The notes beneath the pieces were generated by a model. It was not told the DNA's origin, searched no databases, and saw only the letters and a list, made by a program, of their open reading frames with translations. Below are positions 14,601 through 26,317 of a DNA stretch of 64,000 nt, in pieces. Within the stretch, counting starts at the first letter, position 1; each line of letters starts with the position of its first letter. This DNA is from Cyanophora paradoxa CCMP329 (Eukaryota; Plantae; Glaucophyta), in assembly GCA_004431415.1 (NCBI GenBank), contig QPMI01000220.1, positions 124,001-188,000 on the forward strand, given 5' to 3'. A program made the position numbers and the translations under genes.

Positions 14601-17600
14601 CATGCGCCATTGCGGCTTTTTGTGCCTCGCTACGTACTTCAGTTAGGAAAGCGAGAGAATTATCAAAGGAGCAAGAAGGAAAGGCTGACCTGAGGGTCAG
14701 GTGGAACGTGCAGGAGGCCCGGTACGTGCCGCAGGCGATCGCGACGTGGCTGCTCGAGAAGTGCGCCTTTCTCGCCGTCCGGGGTCTCGAAGTTGCAGCT
14801 GACGCCGCGCGCGGAGTCGCTCGTCCTGCGTCGGACCCTTCTGCTGGGCTCCTGGCGGCAGCCCTCGAGAAGCGGCGCGTAGAGCGGCTTCCGGATCTGA
14901 AGGGACTCGCAGCGCCAGCTGGCGGCGACGGCTTTCGACCTGGATCAGAGCGGGCGTGAAAAACGACGCGAATTCGAATGGAATTTCTCGGTGAAATTCG
15001 CGCACGCTGTTCGTCGGGATGGGATTCGCGCGATGATGCGCGGGCATCCTGCGGGTCTGCTGAACGGGCCCGACCTCCCTCTCTCGAGGGCGGCTGGGAC
15101 CGGTCCCGCTCAGAGGCCGCTCCGTCGCGCTCGTCTCCGTCGTCCGCGTCTTGGTCGGCGCCGATGTCGTCGGGTTGAATGAACGCTGCAACAGCGTCGA
15201 AATTCAGAAGCAGATTAAAATGCCAGCCCGCGCCCGCGCACCTTCCAGGATATCTTGTGGGTCGCCCGAGGGACTCGCACCTAGAGATCCGCGGCTCTGG
15301 ATTCGCGACGCGACAGCCTTCTGATAGGCTGCGCATCCCGTTCGAAATTCGAGTCTCAAGCGATGGCGGTGCCCGGTTGCGTTGGGCGGCGAATGAAACG
15401 AGGCACTGACCGAGCATGTCTTGCGGGAAATAGTACGGGACACCCTGGAGAGTGAAGCCGGACGCCGGCGGCAGCACGTAGCCGTCAGCCAGGGCCAGGG
15501 GGAAGCCGTCGCGATCGAAGCCAACGATCTTCCTCTCGAGACTCCGCGGGTACGGAAGCAGCTCTGCCACCGTATTAGTTCGCGAAAGCAGGTCGATCTG
15601 TATTTAGAGGCTCTGGGCGTACCGCATGGGGCGCCGTAGAAAGGCGTGCCCTCCACCGTGTACCCCGCAGGCTCCGACTCGAAATTGCACGGCATGGCGA
15701 AGAAGACCTTCTCGAGCACCCGCCCCGCAGGGTACGCGAGCGCGCTTGCGGACGGCTTGCTGGGAGCTATTTCGGCTACGTTTGCGTTTGTAACTTCCTG
15801 CAAATCGAGAATCAAATGCAAAGCGGAGCGCCTTAGTGAAAGAGAGAAAATTTGCGGACCAGCGTGACGAGCTCTGCCTTCCTCCCAGCTTCTTTCGGAA
15901 AGACCTGCATCTGAAGTTTGGTGCCGACCGCGAGCAGGCTGGGCGGGTCGGTATGTCAGGAGCGATCGAGAGGGATAAGACTTATAATTGTGCGAACGCG
16001 TGCGCACGTCGTGACGTCCGTCGACGGCAGGATCTGCACGGTGCCGGAGTCGTCTTCCCTCCCGACCACTTTGCACGCGACTCTCCTGCGGATCGCGCGG
16101 GGTTCCCCCTTCGGGCGCTCGTTCTTGTCCGGGAGCGCCAGCGGCTGGGTGACGTCGAGGTGGATGGTGGAGTGGAGGAGGAAGTCGGAGTCGACGGCGG
16201 GATCGTGGAGATCCAGATCGTACAGGGCGAGCACGGGCGCCGGCAGCGACAGGAGCGTGAAGCCCTCCGGGGCGCCCCCCGCGTCTTCGGGCAGGAAGGG
16301 CGTGTGCTCCCCGGCGACGGCCAGCTTGGTCGGGGCCGGCGCCTCCTGGAACCCCGCAGGGAGCCCTTGGACGCTGCTGCTGAGGTCGTCCCCGGAGGGG
16401 TCGACGCGGACGAAGCCGGCCGGAATGCCCGGCGCCGCTGCTGCTTCCAAACCGTTGCCGATGTAAATGGACGTGGGCACTGAGACTGCGCCCGCGGGCA
16501 CTCCGAGAATGGAGGGGAAAGCCTGCGCGAGTGTGAGAAACGTGGAGGCGACTGCGAGGCCGGAAGCACCTTGGAGAGGGAGACAGAGGAACCGGCGGGA
16601 AGGGGCAGCTTGAGGGAGACGGCGCGGGTGCGCTCGAACCCCACGAGGCCGGCGTCAAGCGAGTCGCGGCCCGGCTGCCGCCGCTCGTTGAGCAGGACGA
16701 GGGGCCCCCTCTTGTACTGGCTCTCCGCCGCCCCGCCCGCCTCCTTCGGGACCTCGGAGGCGTCCCTCCCGACCAGGAAGTCCCCCTCGGACACCTCCTC
16801 CGCGGCGCTGGCGACCTCCTTGGCGAACAGCAGGCTGGCCAGCAGGTCCTGCTGGTCGTCCGCCTCGGCCTGCGCCGCGAGCTGCTCCTCGTAGATCTTT
16901 TCCGCCTCGGCGTGCAGTCCCGCCGGCAGGTCGACCTGCATCTGGCGGGTTTCGTCAGTTAAAATGCGGCACGAATCGGATGCGGAAACGTTAACGAAAC
17001 GAACCAGCGGCGGGTTAGAAACCACCTTGAAGCTCGCCGAGCTGAGACCCCTCGGCGGGAACTGACTGCCGCGGCGTGCATTCGCTTTCCGCGGGGAGGA
17101 GCTTTGATGTTCCGCGGAGCTGGATACAGGCTGCGCCAAATGCAAGTACCTGCGGCAAGCACATGTTCTCAACGCGAGGCTCTACAGGAAGCAGCATCGA
17201 CGGCGTACCTCTTTGCACCTGCAGCGACGGCATTCTCGAAATCCTCGAAGGCCTTCTGTTGTTCGGCGATCCCTAGAACTCTCCACAGATTCATGAAGCA
17301 AGTCAGTTGTTGGCGCAGGTCCTCGTGCGGCTGCTGCGTCTCAAGGTGCAGCTGCAACCGAACGTTCAAGTCGGTCAATCTATACAGAGAGCGAGAGAGA
17401 TAAAGTGATAGAAATGGAGGGGGTAAGGATCTAGAGCCGCGAGGGGTGGGGGTGGCGGGAGCAGGGTGGGGAGGTGAGGGGGGGAGGGGGGAGGGAGGGG
17501 GGGAAGCATGGGGAAAGGTAGGGGGGTGGCCTAGGGGGGGAGAGGGGGAGGGTAACGGGAGGGGGTAAGGAAGGGGGCGGGGGGGGGATGAAGGAAGAGG

Positions 17601-18681
17601 GGTAGGCCCTGAGATTCTGGGCGAAGGGGGTGGGTACGACAACACACCTCGACGTCGCGATGCAGAACGGGCCACACGACACGTTTGAGTTCCGGGGTCA
17701 CATATGGCTGAGAAGAAGAGTGAGAAAGCTACAACGAAGTCGCGCGCGGTTTGCGTGAGAGAACGTTCGGACCACGGAATTCAGAGCCGCGAAGAACGCC
17801 GCGATAACGAAGTCGTCTGTGTTGGGGTTGTGCATCTCGCGCCGTCCGATCAGGGCGACGAGCGGTAAGACGGCGCCGAGCTGCGGCGCCCCGGCCATGC
17901 ATCGCCCGATCGCGAAGAAGAGGTACGCCTGCGACACCCTTAGCTAGATAGAGGTTCCCAGAGAGAGCGTGCACGCTCACCTTCACGTCTTGATGACCAG
18001 ACCCGCCGTCGCTCGGAGGTTTATCGATCGCCAGCGCCACCTGGGTCATGAGCACGCTGAGTATCTGCGCGAGGGATCAGAAATTGGGCATCGCGACATC
18101 GCGAGGGCGGGGGGGGGGGGGGGGGGGGAGGGGTCGCGGAAGGGGAACGAGGGGGGGGGGGGGGCGGGAGCGGGGCGGGAGGAGGAGCGGGGGGGGTGGG
18201 GGGGGGGGGTTGTTGGAGGGTAGGTGTGGGGGGGGAGGGAGGGGGAGGGGAGGGGGAGGGAGAGGGGGCGAGCCTGCTCTCCGGCCTCGACTGAAGACTT
18301 GAAGACTGCGGGACCGAGGTGGCCCAGGGCGCAGATTGCCGCCAGGCGGACCGACCGCAGCTCGTCGTGCTGCGGAAGGCCACATGCATCAGGCGCGGGA
18401 GGGAGTGAGCCACTCTCTACGGCGCGCACGAGGCCGTCGACGAGCGCGTCGACGAGAGCGCTGCGGAGGGCGTCGACGATCTCGTCTGCGGCCTGAACCA
18501 CGCGGTCCAGGAGGTGGAAGGCCAGCAGCCTCGTCGCGCCGTCGTCGCTCCTCGCGAGCTCAAGCAGAGCGGCGAGCAGCTCCTGCTGGTTGGACGGCGC
18601 TCCCGCCGTGCACGCGTCGTCCAGGGCGCTGATGACCTCCGCGCCGCCTTCCCAGCCCAGGGACAGTGCTGGGCGCGCCAT
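2687..18681 (-). CDS. Giant multi-exon ciliary-type protein with N-terminal helical (HEAT/ARM-like) region and many ASH/MSP-like Ig domains (HYDIN/CFAP47/CFAP65-like)
   Basis: Recurrent ASH-type motifs on the minus strand (IDFGRTRLG..FTVRNTGSLPA; MDFGTVK..ISVRNVGLLPT; LDFGVVLLG..FTLANHGELP; FTVQPEEGFLEAGGSQYAAVDFAP; VTPSSGVVEPGRQIDCTVTFCP). Sampled junctions are GT-AG and keep frame, including the link between the N-terminal region (..AAGAKR|YLHLAQP..SFK|MQVDLP) and the Ig part. Putative ATG at 18681, stop at 2687. Not every exon was traced. Confidence 0.78.
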
Positions 18682-19371
18682 CGCTGGGTGCGGGGCTCGT
18701 GCGGCCGCTGTCGTACAGCTGCGCCGGCTGGGCGGGAGCTTCGAGCCGCCCTGCCCCGCGCGTACGCGTGCGCGATGACCTTACCTACGCAGTTGAGTCG
18801 CTTGCTGCGCGCTGCAGGTGTCTACGCGTTTGCTGCTGAGGGCCTGCGAGCGAAGGAAAGCTTTCTGCGGCGCGCGGCGCTGCAGCGTCCCGCGCCATGA
18901 AGACAAGGGTCGGGACGGTGTCGCAGGTCACAAAGCAAGCTGGAGGCTTGTCTAACGCCGCAGCGACGGGGCGCGACCCGCGCCGAGCTCGACTACCGCC
19001 GCAGCGACATGGCGCGACGCTGCTGGTATGTCGCGGGACTCCCGCTGCTCTGCAACGCGTCTCTGCAGGTGGTGGCTGAGGCCCACAGGTGCGATGGAGC
19101 CCGAATCCCAGAGACAGCGAACGCGAACGATCCCAGTGCGCGGAAAGCAGCCGACGACGACTCCAGCGAGAGTGGCTACGGCATGCGCAAATGCTGCGGC
19201 TGCGGATCGATCGAAAACCGCTGGCGCCTACGCAGAATGCGCTGTACCCTGACCAAGCGGTCGGCGAACTTGATCCCAGCTGCAGCTGAGCGGCCGCACG
19301 CATCCGCTGCTGACGTATTTGATTTGAGAGCGAGCCCGACCCGCGCTGCGGAACGCCAACGCAAGCAAGCG

Positions 19372-20917
19372 ATGTTGTTCGTCGCACCGACGCCTCTGGC
19401 CGTGCGGCATTCGACGGCGAACGCCATGCCCGTAACGCTCCCATCTCGCGTCGCTCGGCGGTCGGTGCGCGGCCCGACCCGCCAGCGCGCGCGCTATAGC
19501 TATCCCAGCGCATATTGGTCGCTGATCTGATCTCTACGTTGCCGCGACCGTACATCCTCCAGGCCAAACCGCAGGCAAGCGAGAACGAACCCCGGCCCGC
19601 GCCACCTGCGGGATGCCACTGGGCCAGATCTAGAGCTCAACTCCAAGTGCGAGCGCAGGCGGCGGGTGCGCACGTGCGCTGCGAGGGGGACGCGGGCGCC
19701 GACGCGGCGAGCAAGTCTGCGGAGAAGCTGGGCGTGGGCCGCGTGCAGCGCCACATCTTCATTTGCAACCCGACGAAGGCCAAGTGCGCCCCCGCCGAGG
19801 TGCGCCCGCGGGCCATCCACGCCCATGCCAGCTTCAACGCAAGTGTTCAAGAGAGAAGCCCGGCTGACGCATCGCGGCGCGCGCCGCGCTGCGCCCCTGC
19901 GGGCAAAGGTGTGCCAGGAGAGTTGGGCGGCGCTGAAGAAGCTGGTGGTGGAGGAGCAGATCGCTACGACGGTGGGCGGCTGCGTCTTCCGCACCCAGGC
20001 CAACTGCCTCCAGAGTGCGACCCCGCCGCCCACCCCGGCCCGCCCCGGCCCGCCCTGCTGCTCCGGATCCCGCACCCCCGCCGCCGGGCCGTTCTAGCAC
20101 TGTACCCCCCGCCGACCTTAATCCCCCCGGCGGCCTGGCCCACCATGCGACCCGAAGCCTCACGGCCCTGGGTCGTGCGCGTGGCAACCGCCTCCCCCCC
20201 CCCCCCCCCCCCCAATCGCCCCGCCGTACCCCCCTCCCCCCCCCCGACAGCAAATTTCTCTACCCTCCGTTTCTGTCTCGGGCCCAAGGAACCCCGGGGA
20301 CCTGCACCCCCCTCTCGCCGCTTTAGGAATCCGCTCCCACATGCATTCCGGGCTCACCGCCCGTGCGCGCTCAAAGCTCACCGCCCAGCCCGGGGCGCCC
20401 CAAGCCCCCCCCCCCCCCCCCCCCCCCCCCCCTTCCCCCCCATTCAACTCCCGCGAGCGCCGCCACTGACTCCGAACCCCCCCCCCTCCCCCCCTATCTC
20501 TCCTCCCCCCCCCCCCTTCTCCTCCTCCCCCCCCCCCCCGCCCTCTTCGCAGTCTGCCAGGACGGGCCGATCGCGGTGGTGTACGACTCGGAGGAAGACG
20601 GCCGCCTCCGCAGGACCTGGTACAGGTCCGCCGGGGCCCGGGCCCGGGCCCGCCGCCGCCGCCGCCGCCGCTGCCGCTCTGCGGATACACTCCTCAAGAT
20701 ATGAGAGGCCACGTCCCCTCGCCTCTTCATTCTAGACCTCTAGCTATGGACCTCCCCGAGGCCTCGCAGTCGGCCCCGGACCGGGGCCAGCCGCCCCCGC
20801 GCCCGGCTGCGCTGACCCGGGGGCAGGCGGGCGCGGGGGGAGGAGCTGGAGGAGATCGTGCGGGAGCACCTCAAGGGCGGCCGCCCCGTCCCCCGCCTCG
20901 CCATCCGCTCCGAGTGA
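19372..20917 (+). CDS. Thioredoxin-like [2Fe-2S] ferredoxin with N-terminal plastid-transit-peptide-like leader
   Basis: Exons ~19372-19464, 19563-19799, 19909-20014, 20553-20625 and 20827-20917 splice to MLFVAPTPLAVR...QRHIFICNPTKAKC...CVFRTQANCLQICQDGPIAVVY...WYR...LEEIVREHLKGGRPV*. This matches the TRX-like Fd signature (HIFxC..C..RTxANCLxxCxxGPxxVVY..WY..EHLxGGRPV). Confidence 0.88.
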
Positions 20918-21298
20918 CCCCGCCCTGCGCTCTCGAGCTCACCAGAGTTCAAGAAAGTATTGATTGGGTGCGCAATGAGATCGAATGAGAGAGGCAGCTG
21001 CTGGCCGGCGCGCGGCGCGCGGGGACCGAGGGATCCGGATATCAACTCGATCGCGGCGACCCGCCGGTGCCTAGCTATAGGCCAGGATCTAGATCTAGAT
21101 TTGGAGATCGCCTCCGGCTCTCGTCTAGATCTGGGCTGCAGCTGTAGCTCGCGCATTGCAAAGTAACTGACACACTCGTATATTCGACATCGCTCAGGAA
21201 AAGTATTTTGAAACTCTCTGTACATCGCGCGGGCTCAGAGCAGACTCCGGAGAGAAATACATGTACAGTGCACGTGGACTCAGCGGGAGGCGCGGGCG

Positions 21299-23453
21299 CT
21301 AGGCCCCCTTCTCCGTCCGGTTCGTCTTCGAGCCCTTGCTGGGCCGGTCCTTGAAGTGAACGTTCCCCTGCGCATGCGGCCGGCCCCGGTCTCGAAGGGG
21401 GTGCGCCGGCTTCTTTCATGGGGGTACGGACCTCGAGGTCGACGATGATGTCCTTCTGGGGGCCCCCCTTCGACGAGGAGAAGCCTGCGCGCGGCCCGTG
21501 AGCTGGCGTACCCCGGGACGCGGGAGGAAGGGGGCGGGCTGACAGAGGTTCTGCGAGGGGGGTCAGCGGGGGGCGCGCGGGGCGCTCGGGGGGTACGGGG
21601 CACGCGCCTCGACCCAGGCGGTGTTGGCCGTGAGGGAGCGCTCGGCGAGCTTGGTCTTGGTCCTGCGCCCGGGCGTTCGTCGCGTTGGCCGCGGCCGGCG
21701 GGGCCCGGCCGGCGCGCGCACCGGTCCCGCACGATCCCGACGAAGTGCCTGAGGCCGTTGATCTCCACGGGCTGGCTCACGCTGCCGCCCCGCTCGCCGC
21801 CCCGCCGGGGGACCAGGAGGGGCGCGCTCACCTGAGCGCCGCGGGGAACATCGTGCCGTCCGACCGCACGGCCGGCACCTCCCGCCCCACGCCGATCACC
21901 TGCCGCGCGCGTCGCCGGGGCAGCCCGGCCCGAAGGGAGGGAGGGGGTACGCGTGCACGCCTTCGCTTTGCCAGTCTCGAGGTAGTTGCGGAGGTACTGG
22001 TCGTGGTTCTTCTGGAACTGCGCCCCCCGGGATTCGAACCCAGGCCGGTGCCCGAGCCGGGGCAGGGCGGGGCAGGGGCCAGCAGCACCTGAGGGGGCAT
22101 GAGCACTTGGACTTTGCTATTGACGACCTGCGCGGGGGAAGAGCAGCGTGAGGGACCCGGCCGGATCCGAACCCGCCCCGCCGGGCCCCGAGGCCTCACG
22201 TCCGTCGGCTTGTATCCGAACATCGAGCTGGCCTGCCCCCGCCGCTCAGGAGGATGAATATTTGTGGTGGGGGGGTGAAAGGGGGGTACCGCCTTGTTGA
22301 AGGCGTGGATGATGCCGGTCTCGTCGATGACGATGATCGCCTCCGAGTTCGTATCCAGCAGCGCCGTCCGCCGCATCTCCGACTTCTGCAGCGCCTGCGG
22401 GGGGAGGAGGACTCAGCCGGGGGTACGGGGCCGGGCCAGCTGGAGGGCGAGGGGGCTACCGCCTGGAGCTTGGTGTACTCGTCCGTCTTGTCGACGATCT
22501 TGTCGAAGAAAATGAGGTACATCATGGGGCCCCCCTCGCCGGCCGTCTGCGCCGCCCCGGGTGGGAAGGAGGGGGTGGGGCGGGGGAGAACACAGGGGGT
22601 ACCATCACTTCGAAGAACCGAACGTCGAACGTCGGCCGCGCCGAGTCTGCGAGCCGCCTGAGACGGAGAGGGGAGGCCGGGGGTACAGGGTCGGGGGGGG
22701 GGTACCGGCGCGCTCCTTGAGGATGGCGATGCACTTGAACCTGCGGGGCGCGCTCGGGGGAAGCGGGGCGGGGACGGGTACGGACGCAGAGCATACGCCG
22801 CGAATTCGCGCATGAAGGTGCCCGTTGCGACATTGACCGTCCGCCCGTCGGAAAAGTACGACAGGCTCTCGATCCTGGGCGGGGCGGGGGCGGAGCGCCT
22901 CAGTGCTCAGCGGCGCGACGGCCCGCTTCTGCCGGGGTGGGGCGCACATGTCCCAGAGGGTTCGGGCGGCGTGCTCGTCCTTGTCGGAGGAGAGCTGGAG
23001 CTCGGCGAGGGCGAGCGGGTTCGCCGCCAGAATCTCCCCGCTCTCGTCGCAGAGCCCCACCGCATCGTTCACGAAGCTGTCCACCTGCATCCCGCCAAGC
23101 TGACAGGTCAGGTCGCCCCGCGGCGCTGGCCCGGGCGTCTATCAAAAGCGGCGGGGTTCGATTGTCTAGAGGGGTCGCGCTGCCGATGACCGGAGCGCTC
23201 GGCTGGGCGGCAAACGGCCGAAAAACGCAATGACGTCGCGTACGGCCGCCGTCCTTGCAGAACCCAGGCCCCCGACGCCGACGTACGCGCTAACGCCCGG
23301 CAGCGAACGACGTACCATCGCCTGGTGGTCCACAGGCGAGACCGTCTTCTTGATGTTAGCTACAGGCTGCGCCTTCGTCTCCGTGCGATCCTCTTCTCCC
23401 TCCGGGCTGCCCAGGCTTTGCCTGCTGAGGATCCGGCTGGCCGACGACCCCAT
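21299..23453 (-). CDS. PAS-domain protein (degenerate PAS plus FixL-type heme-PAS), MGSSAS N-terminus, no output domain
   Basis: Spliced product contains LLDTNSEAIIVIDETGIIHAFNKAASSMFGY..VQVLMPPQFQKNHDQYLRNYLETGKAKVIGVGREVPAVRSDGTMFP..HFVGIVRD. An upstream DAVGLCDESGEILAANPLA segment is PAS-like. The C-terminal tail is short and ends ..TEKGA* (TAG at 21301-21299). Confidence 0.85.
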
Positions 23454-23930
23454 GGCTAGAGAACTACTGTCTGTAGAGAACTACTCTCCAGCCACGCTTG
23501 AAGCCACGCCGGACGCCTGCTAGCTGGAGCTCAAAGGCAAGACGCTCGCCGATAGCCGCCGCTTTTTCTTCTTCCGCGGGGTACGGTACGCTACCGCTCA
23601 GCGATCGAGATGCTCTTCTCCGCCTCGCTCCCAGCCGCGGCGAGCGGGTGCGAGAGCGTCACAGCAGAGCGCTGGGACGTGTCGGTAGCGGCTCGCAGCG
23701 AGCCGACCGATCGGTCGCGGCTGCAGTGCGGCAGGGCGCTTAGCGCTGTTCCAGCAGCGTTGCACATCCTGAGGTCACCCCGCGCGCCGCCCGGGCCTCT
23801 GGCGGATCCTGGCGCGGTGACCGCGGTGGCGCATGCGAGGGGACGGTGCACGAGAGCGCCGGCCTTCGAGCTCGAGCACCGTCGCACAGCGTTGCGCTGG
23901 TCGCCAGCTGCGGCGACAGCAGGCTTTACC

Positions 23931-25925
23931 ATGTCGGAGTTCTTCCGCGGAGCCAGCGGGGCTCCCTGGGCGGGCCACTGGCGAGCTGCGCGGCAACCGC
24001 AACTGGCGACGCTCGCCAGAACGCGTACGTCGCCGCAAAACTGCGCTTTCCGCCCGATCAAGGTCGCGCGCTCAACCCGCGCGATAGATCCAGCCGCAAG
24101 CGCGCGCGCCTCGAGGACGGCCTCGTCCGAGCCGCCTTCGCCGAAGCGGGCAGCTCCACTGCGATCTCCCAAAAAACCCGCTGCGCGTGTGACGGTGGCC
24201 CGCCGAAAGGTGGCCCTCAGCGCGCTCCTCGCCGGCGTCGCCCGCGCTCACGCGCCGGCGGCGGCAGGCGGAGTCGAAGGCTGAGTTCGACGGGGAGGCG
24301 GCGCGGCGCTTCCTGGCGGAGCGGTGCGAGCTGGACGAGGCCCAGATCGCGCGGCTCCTGGCGAAGAAGCCGCGGCTCCTCGACTTCGAGCCGCGGGCCG
24401 CGGGGCACGTCGTCGGCGCGCTCGAGGCCATCGCGGCGGGGGAGGAGGCGGCGGGCGAGGGGCCCGAGGGGGCGGCGCTGAAGGGCGACGAGGCGGGCCC
24501 GACGGGCGCGGCGCGGGCGGCGCTGGCGAGGGCCGAGGCGGCGAAGCGGGGCCGCCGGCTGCGCGTCTACGCCGAGGCGGGCCTCGTGCGCATGCCGCCG
24601 GCGGAGCTGGAGGCGCGGCTCGCAGCGTGGCGGGAGGCCGTCGGGGCGCCGGCCGTGCGCGCCATCGTCCGCAAGCACCCGGCGCTCCTGGGGCGCCTGG
24701 GCGAGGAGGGCATCCGGGGGGCCGTGGAGCGGGCGGCGGCGGCGGGGTTCACGCCGGAGCAGCTGGCGGAGATCACGCGGGCGAACCCGAACGCGCTGAA
24801 CGTCGTCGCGAGCATGCGCCAGCGCGTCGAGCGCGTCGCCGCCGCCCTCGGGCTCGCCGAGGCAGAGGCACGCCCCGCCCCGCCCCGCCCCGCCGGCTCC
24901 GCCCCAGCTGCCCTGCCTGACCCCCCTCCCCTCGGGTCCCTAGGTGCGCGCCGCGGCCGCGAAGAAGCCGTACCCCCTCGGGAGCGCCGCCGGCACGCTG
25001 GACGAGAAGATGGCCCTCCTGGAGTCGTGGGGTGCGCCGTGCCCCCCCCCCCCCCCCCCCCCCCCCCCTCCCCCTCCACCGCCGCCGCCGACGGGGCGGC
25101 CGGGGCAGGGCTGGACGCGGGGGAGCGGGCGGCGCTGGCGGGGGCGGGCGGCCTGAGCGGGACGGCGCCCGAGATGCAGGCGACGTACGAGCTGCTGCGG
25201 GACCAGATCTTCGGGGGCGACGCGGCGCGGGCGCTGCGGACCCTCACGGGGGACCCCACTCTGCTCAACTTCAGAGCGGCGTCGGTCGAGGAGCGGGCGC
25301 GGGGCCTCGCGGAGGCGCTTGGGGGCCCCGGGGCGCCCCTATCGACCCTCGCCGACCTCGTGTGCGGCTCGACGCTCCTCCACCGCCGCCCCGAGGTCAT
25401 GGCCGCCCGCGTCCAGGGTACGAGCGCCGGCGCCTCCCTCCGCGTTGGGCCGTACCCCCGCTCACCGCGCCGCCGCCGCCGCCGGCAGGGCTGCGTGCGA
25501 TGGGGGTGAGCGCGCGGGAGATCGGGCGGGAGCGGGCGCTCTTCTCGAGCAGCTGGGAGGCGCGCGTGGTGCCCCGGCTGGTGGCCCGGCGGCTGCTGGG
25601 CCTCGAGGGCCGCTTCAAGAGCGCCTCGAGCCTCGTGAAGAAGCACTCCGACGAGGCCTTCGCGGAGCGCGTCCTCGGCCTCCCGCACGCCGCCTGGCGC
25701 CGCCTCGCCGCCTCCTGCGGCTTCCTCCTGCGCGCCGGCGTCCCCGCCCCCGCGCTGTACGGCCTGCCCCTCGCCGCCCTCGACGCCGGGCCCGAGGCGC
25801 TGGCCGGGGAGCTCGATGCTTTCCGCGCCGCCGGCGGCTCCGAGGGCGCCGCCTTCGCCGCCCGCCTCGCCGACCGCTACCGGGCGCCTGCAGCTGCGCA
25901 GCCCAGGCCCCCGGACGCCGAATAG
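23931..25925 (+). CDS. mTERF-like helical repeat protein, probably organelle-targeted
   Basis: Repeats such as LDEAQIARLLAKKPRLL, VRAIVRKHPALLG, FTPEQLAEITRANPNAL, RTLTGDPTLL and SWEARVVPRL resemble mTERF motifs. The N-terminal leader (MSEFF..) is Ser/Arg/Ala-rich. There are at least 4 introns. Confidence 0.6.
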
Positions 25926-26317
25926 CGCTAGCTGTACCATTGTTATGTCGAGATTATTGTTGCATGGTCCTGCAGCCGCGCGATTGGCTCTGCTGGTAGC
26001 TTACGATGCATTTCGAATTTCTTGCCACTCGCAATGGCAGTCGAATATTAATATCCGTACCGGTTCTAATATCCTTGAAATCCATAATATGCCATGGCCA
26101 CTCTCTATATCTACTTGACTAAAATCTGCTGGCATATCTACATGTAACTAAGCCTAGAATGCGAGCGCCCCGGGGCGGGAGCAAGGTACAAGCCCCGTAT
26201 ACGTGGAAAGACATACGCATGCGTAGAAACTGCAAATAAAGATCCCGCGAAGGCGTGCTGATCGAACGAGGGGAAAGGTCCGGGCTAGTAGGCTGGGGGG
26301 CCGCGGGGGCCGCCGGG

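Noticed and set aside
22029-22041. tRNA T-loop/B-box-like GGGTTCGAATCCC on the minus strand (also 50695-50707)
   Set aside because: No cloverleaf or A-box surrounds it, and both lie in or at the edge of short introns. At most a chance match or SINE remnant.
19372-23453. Ferredoxin plus heme-PAS as a functional gene cluster
   Set aside because: Adjacent and convergent, but the predicted compartments differ and neighbouring genes in this window are generally unrelated.
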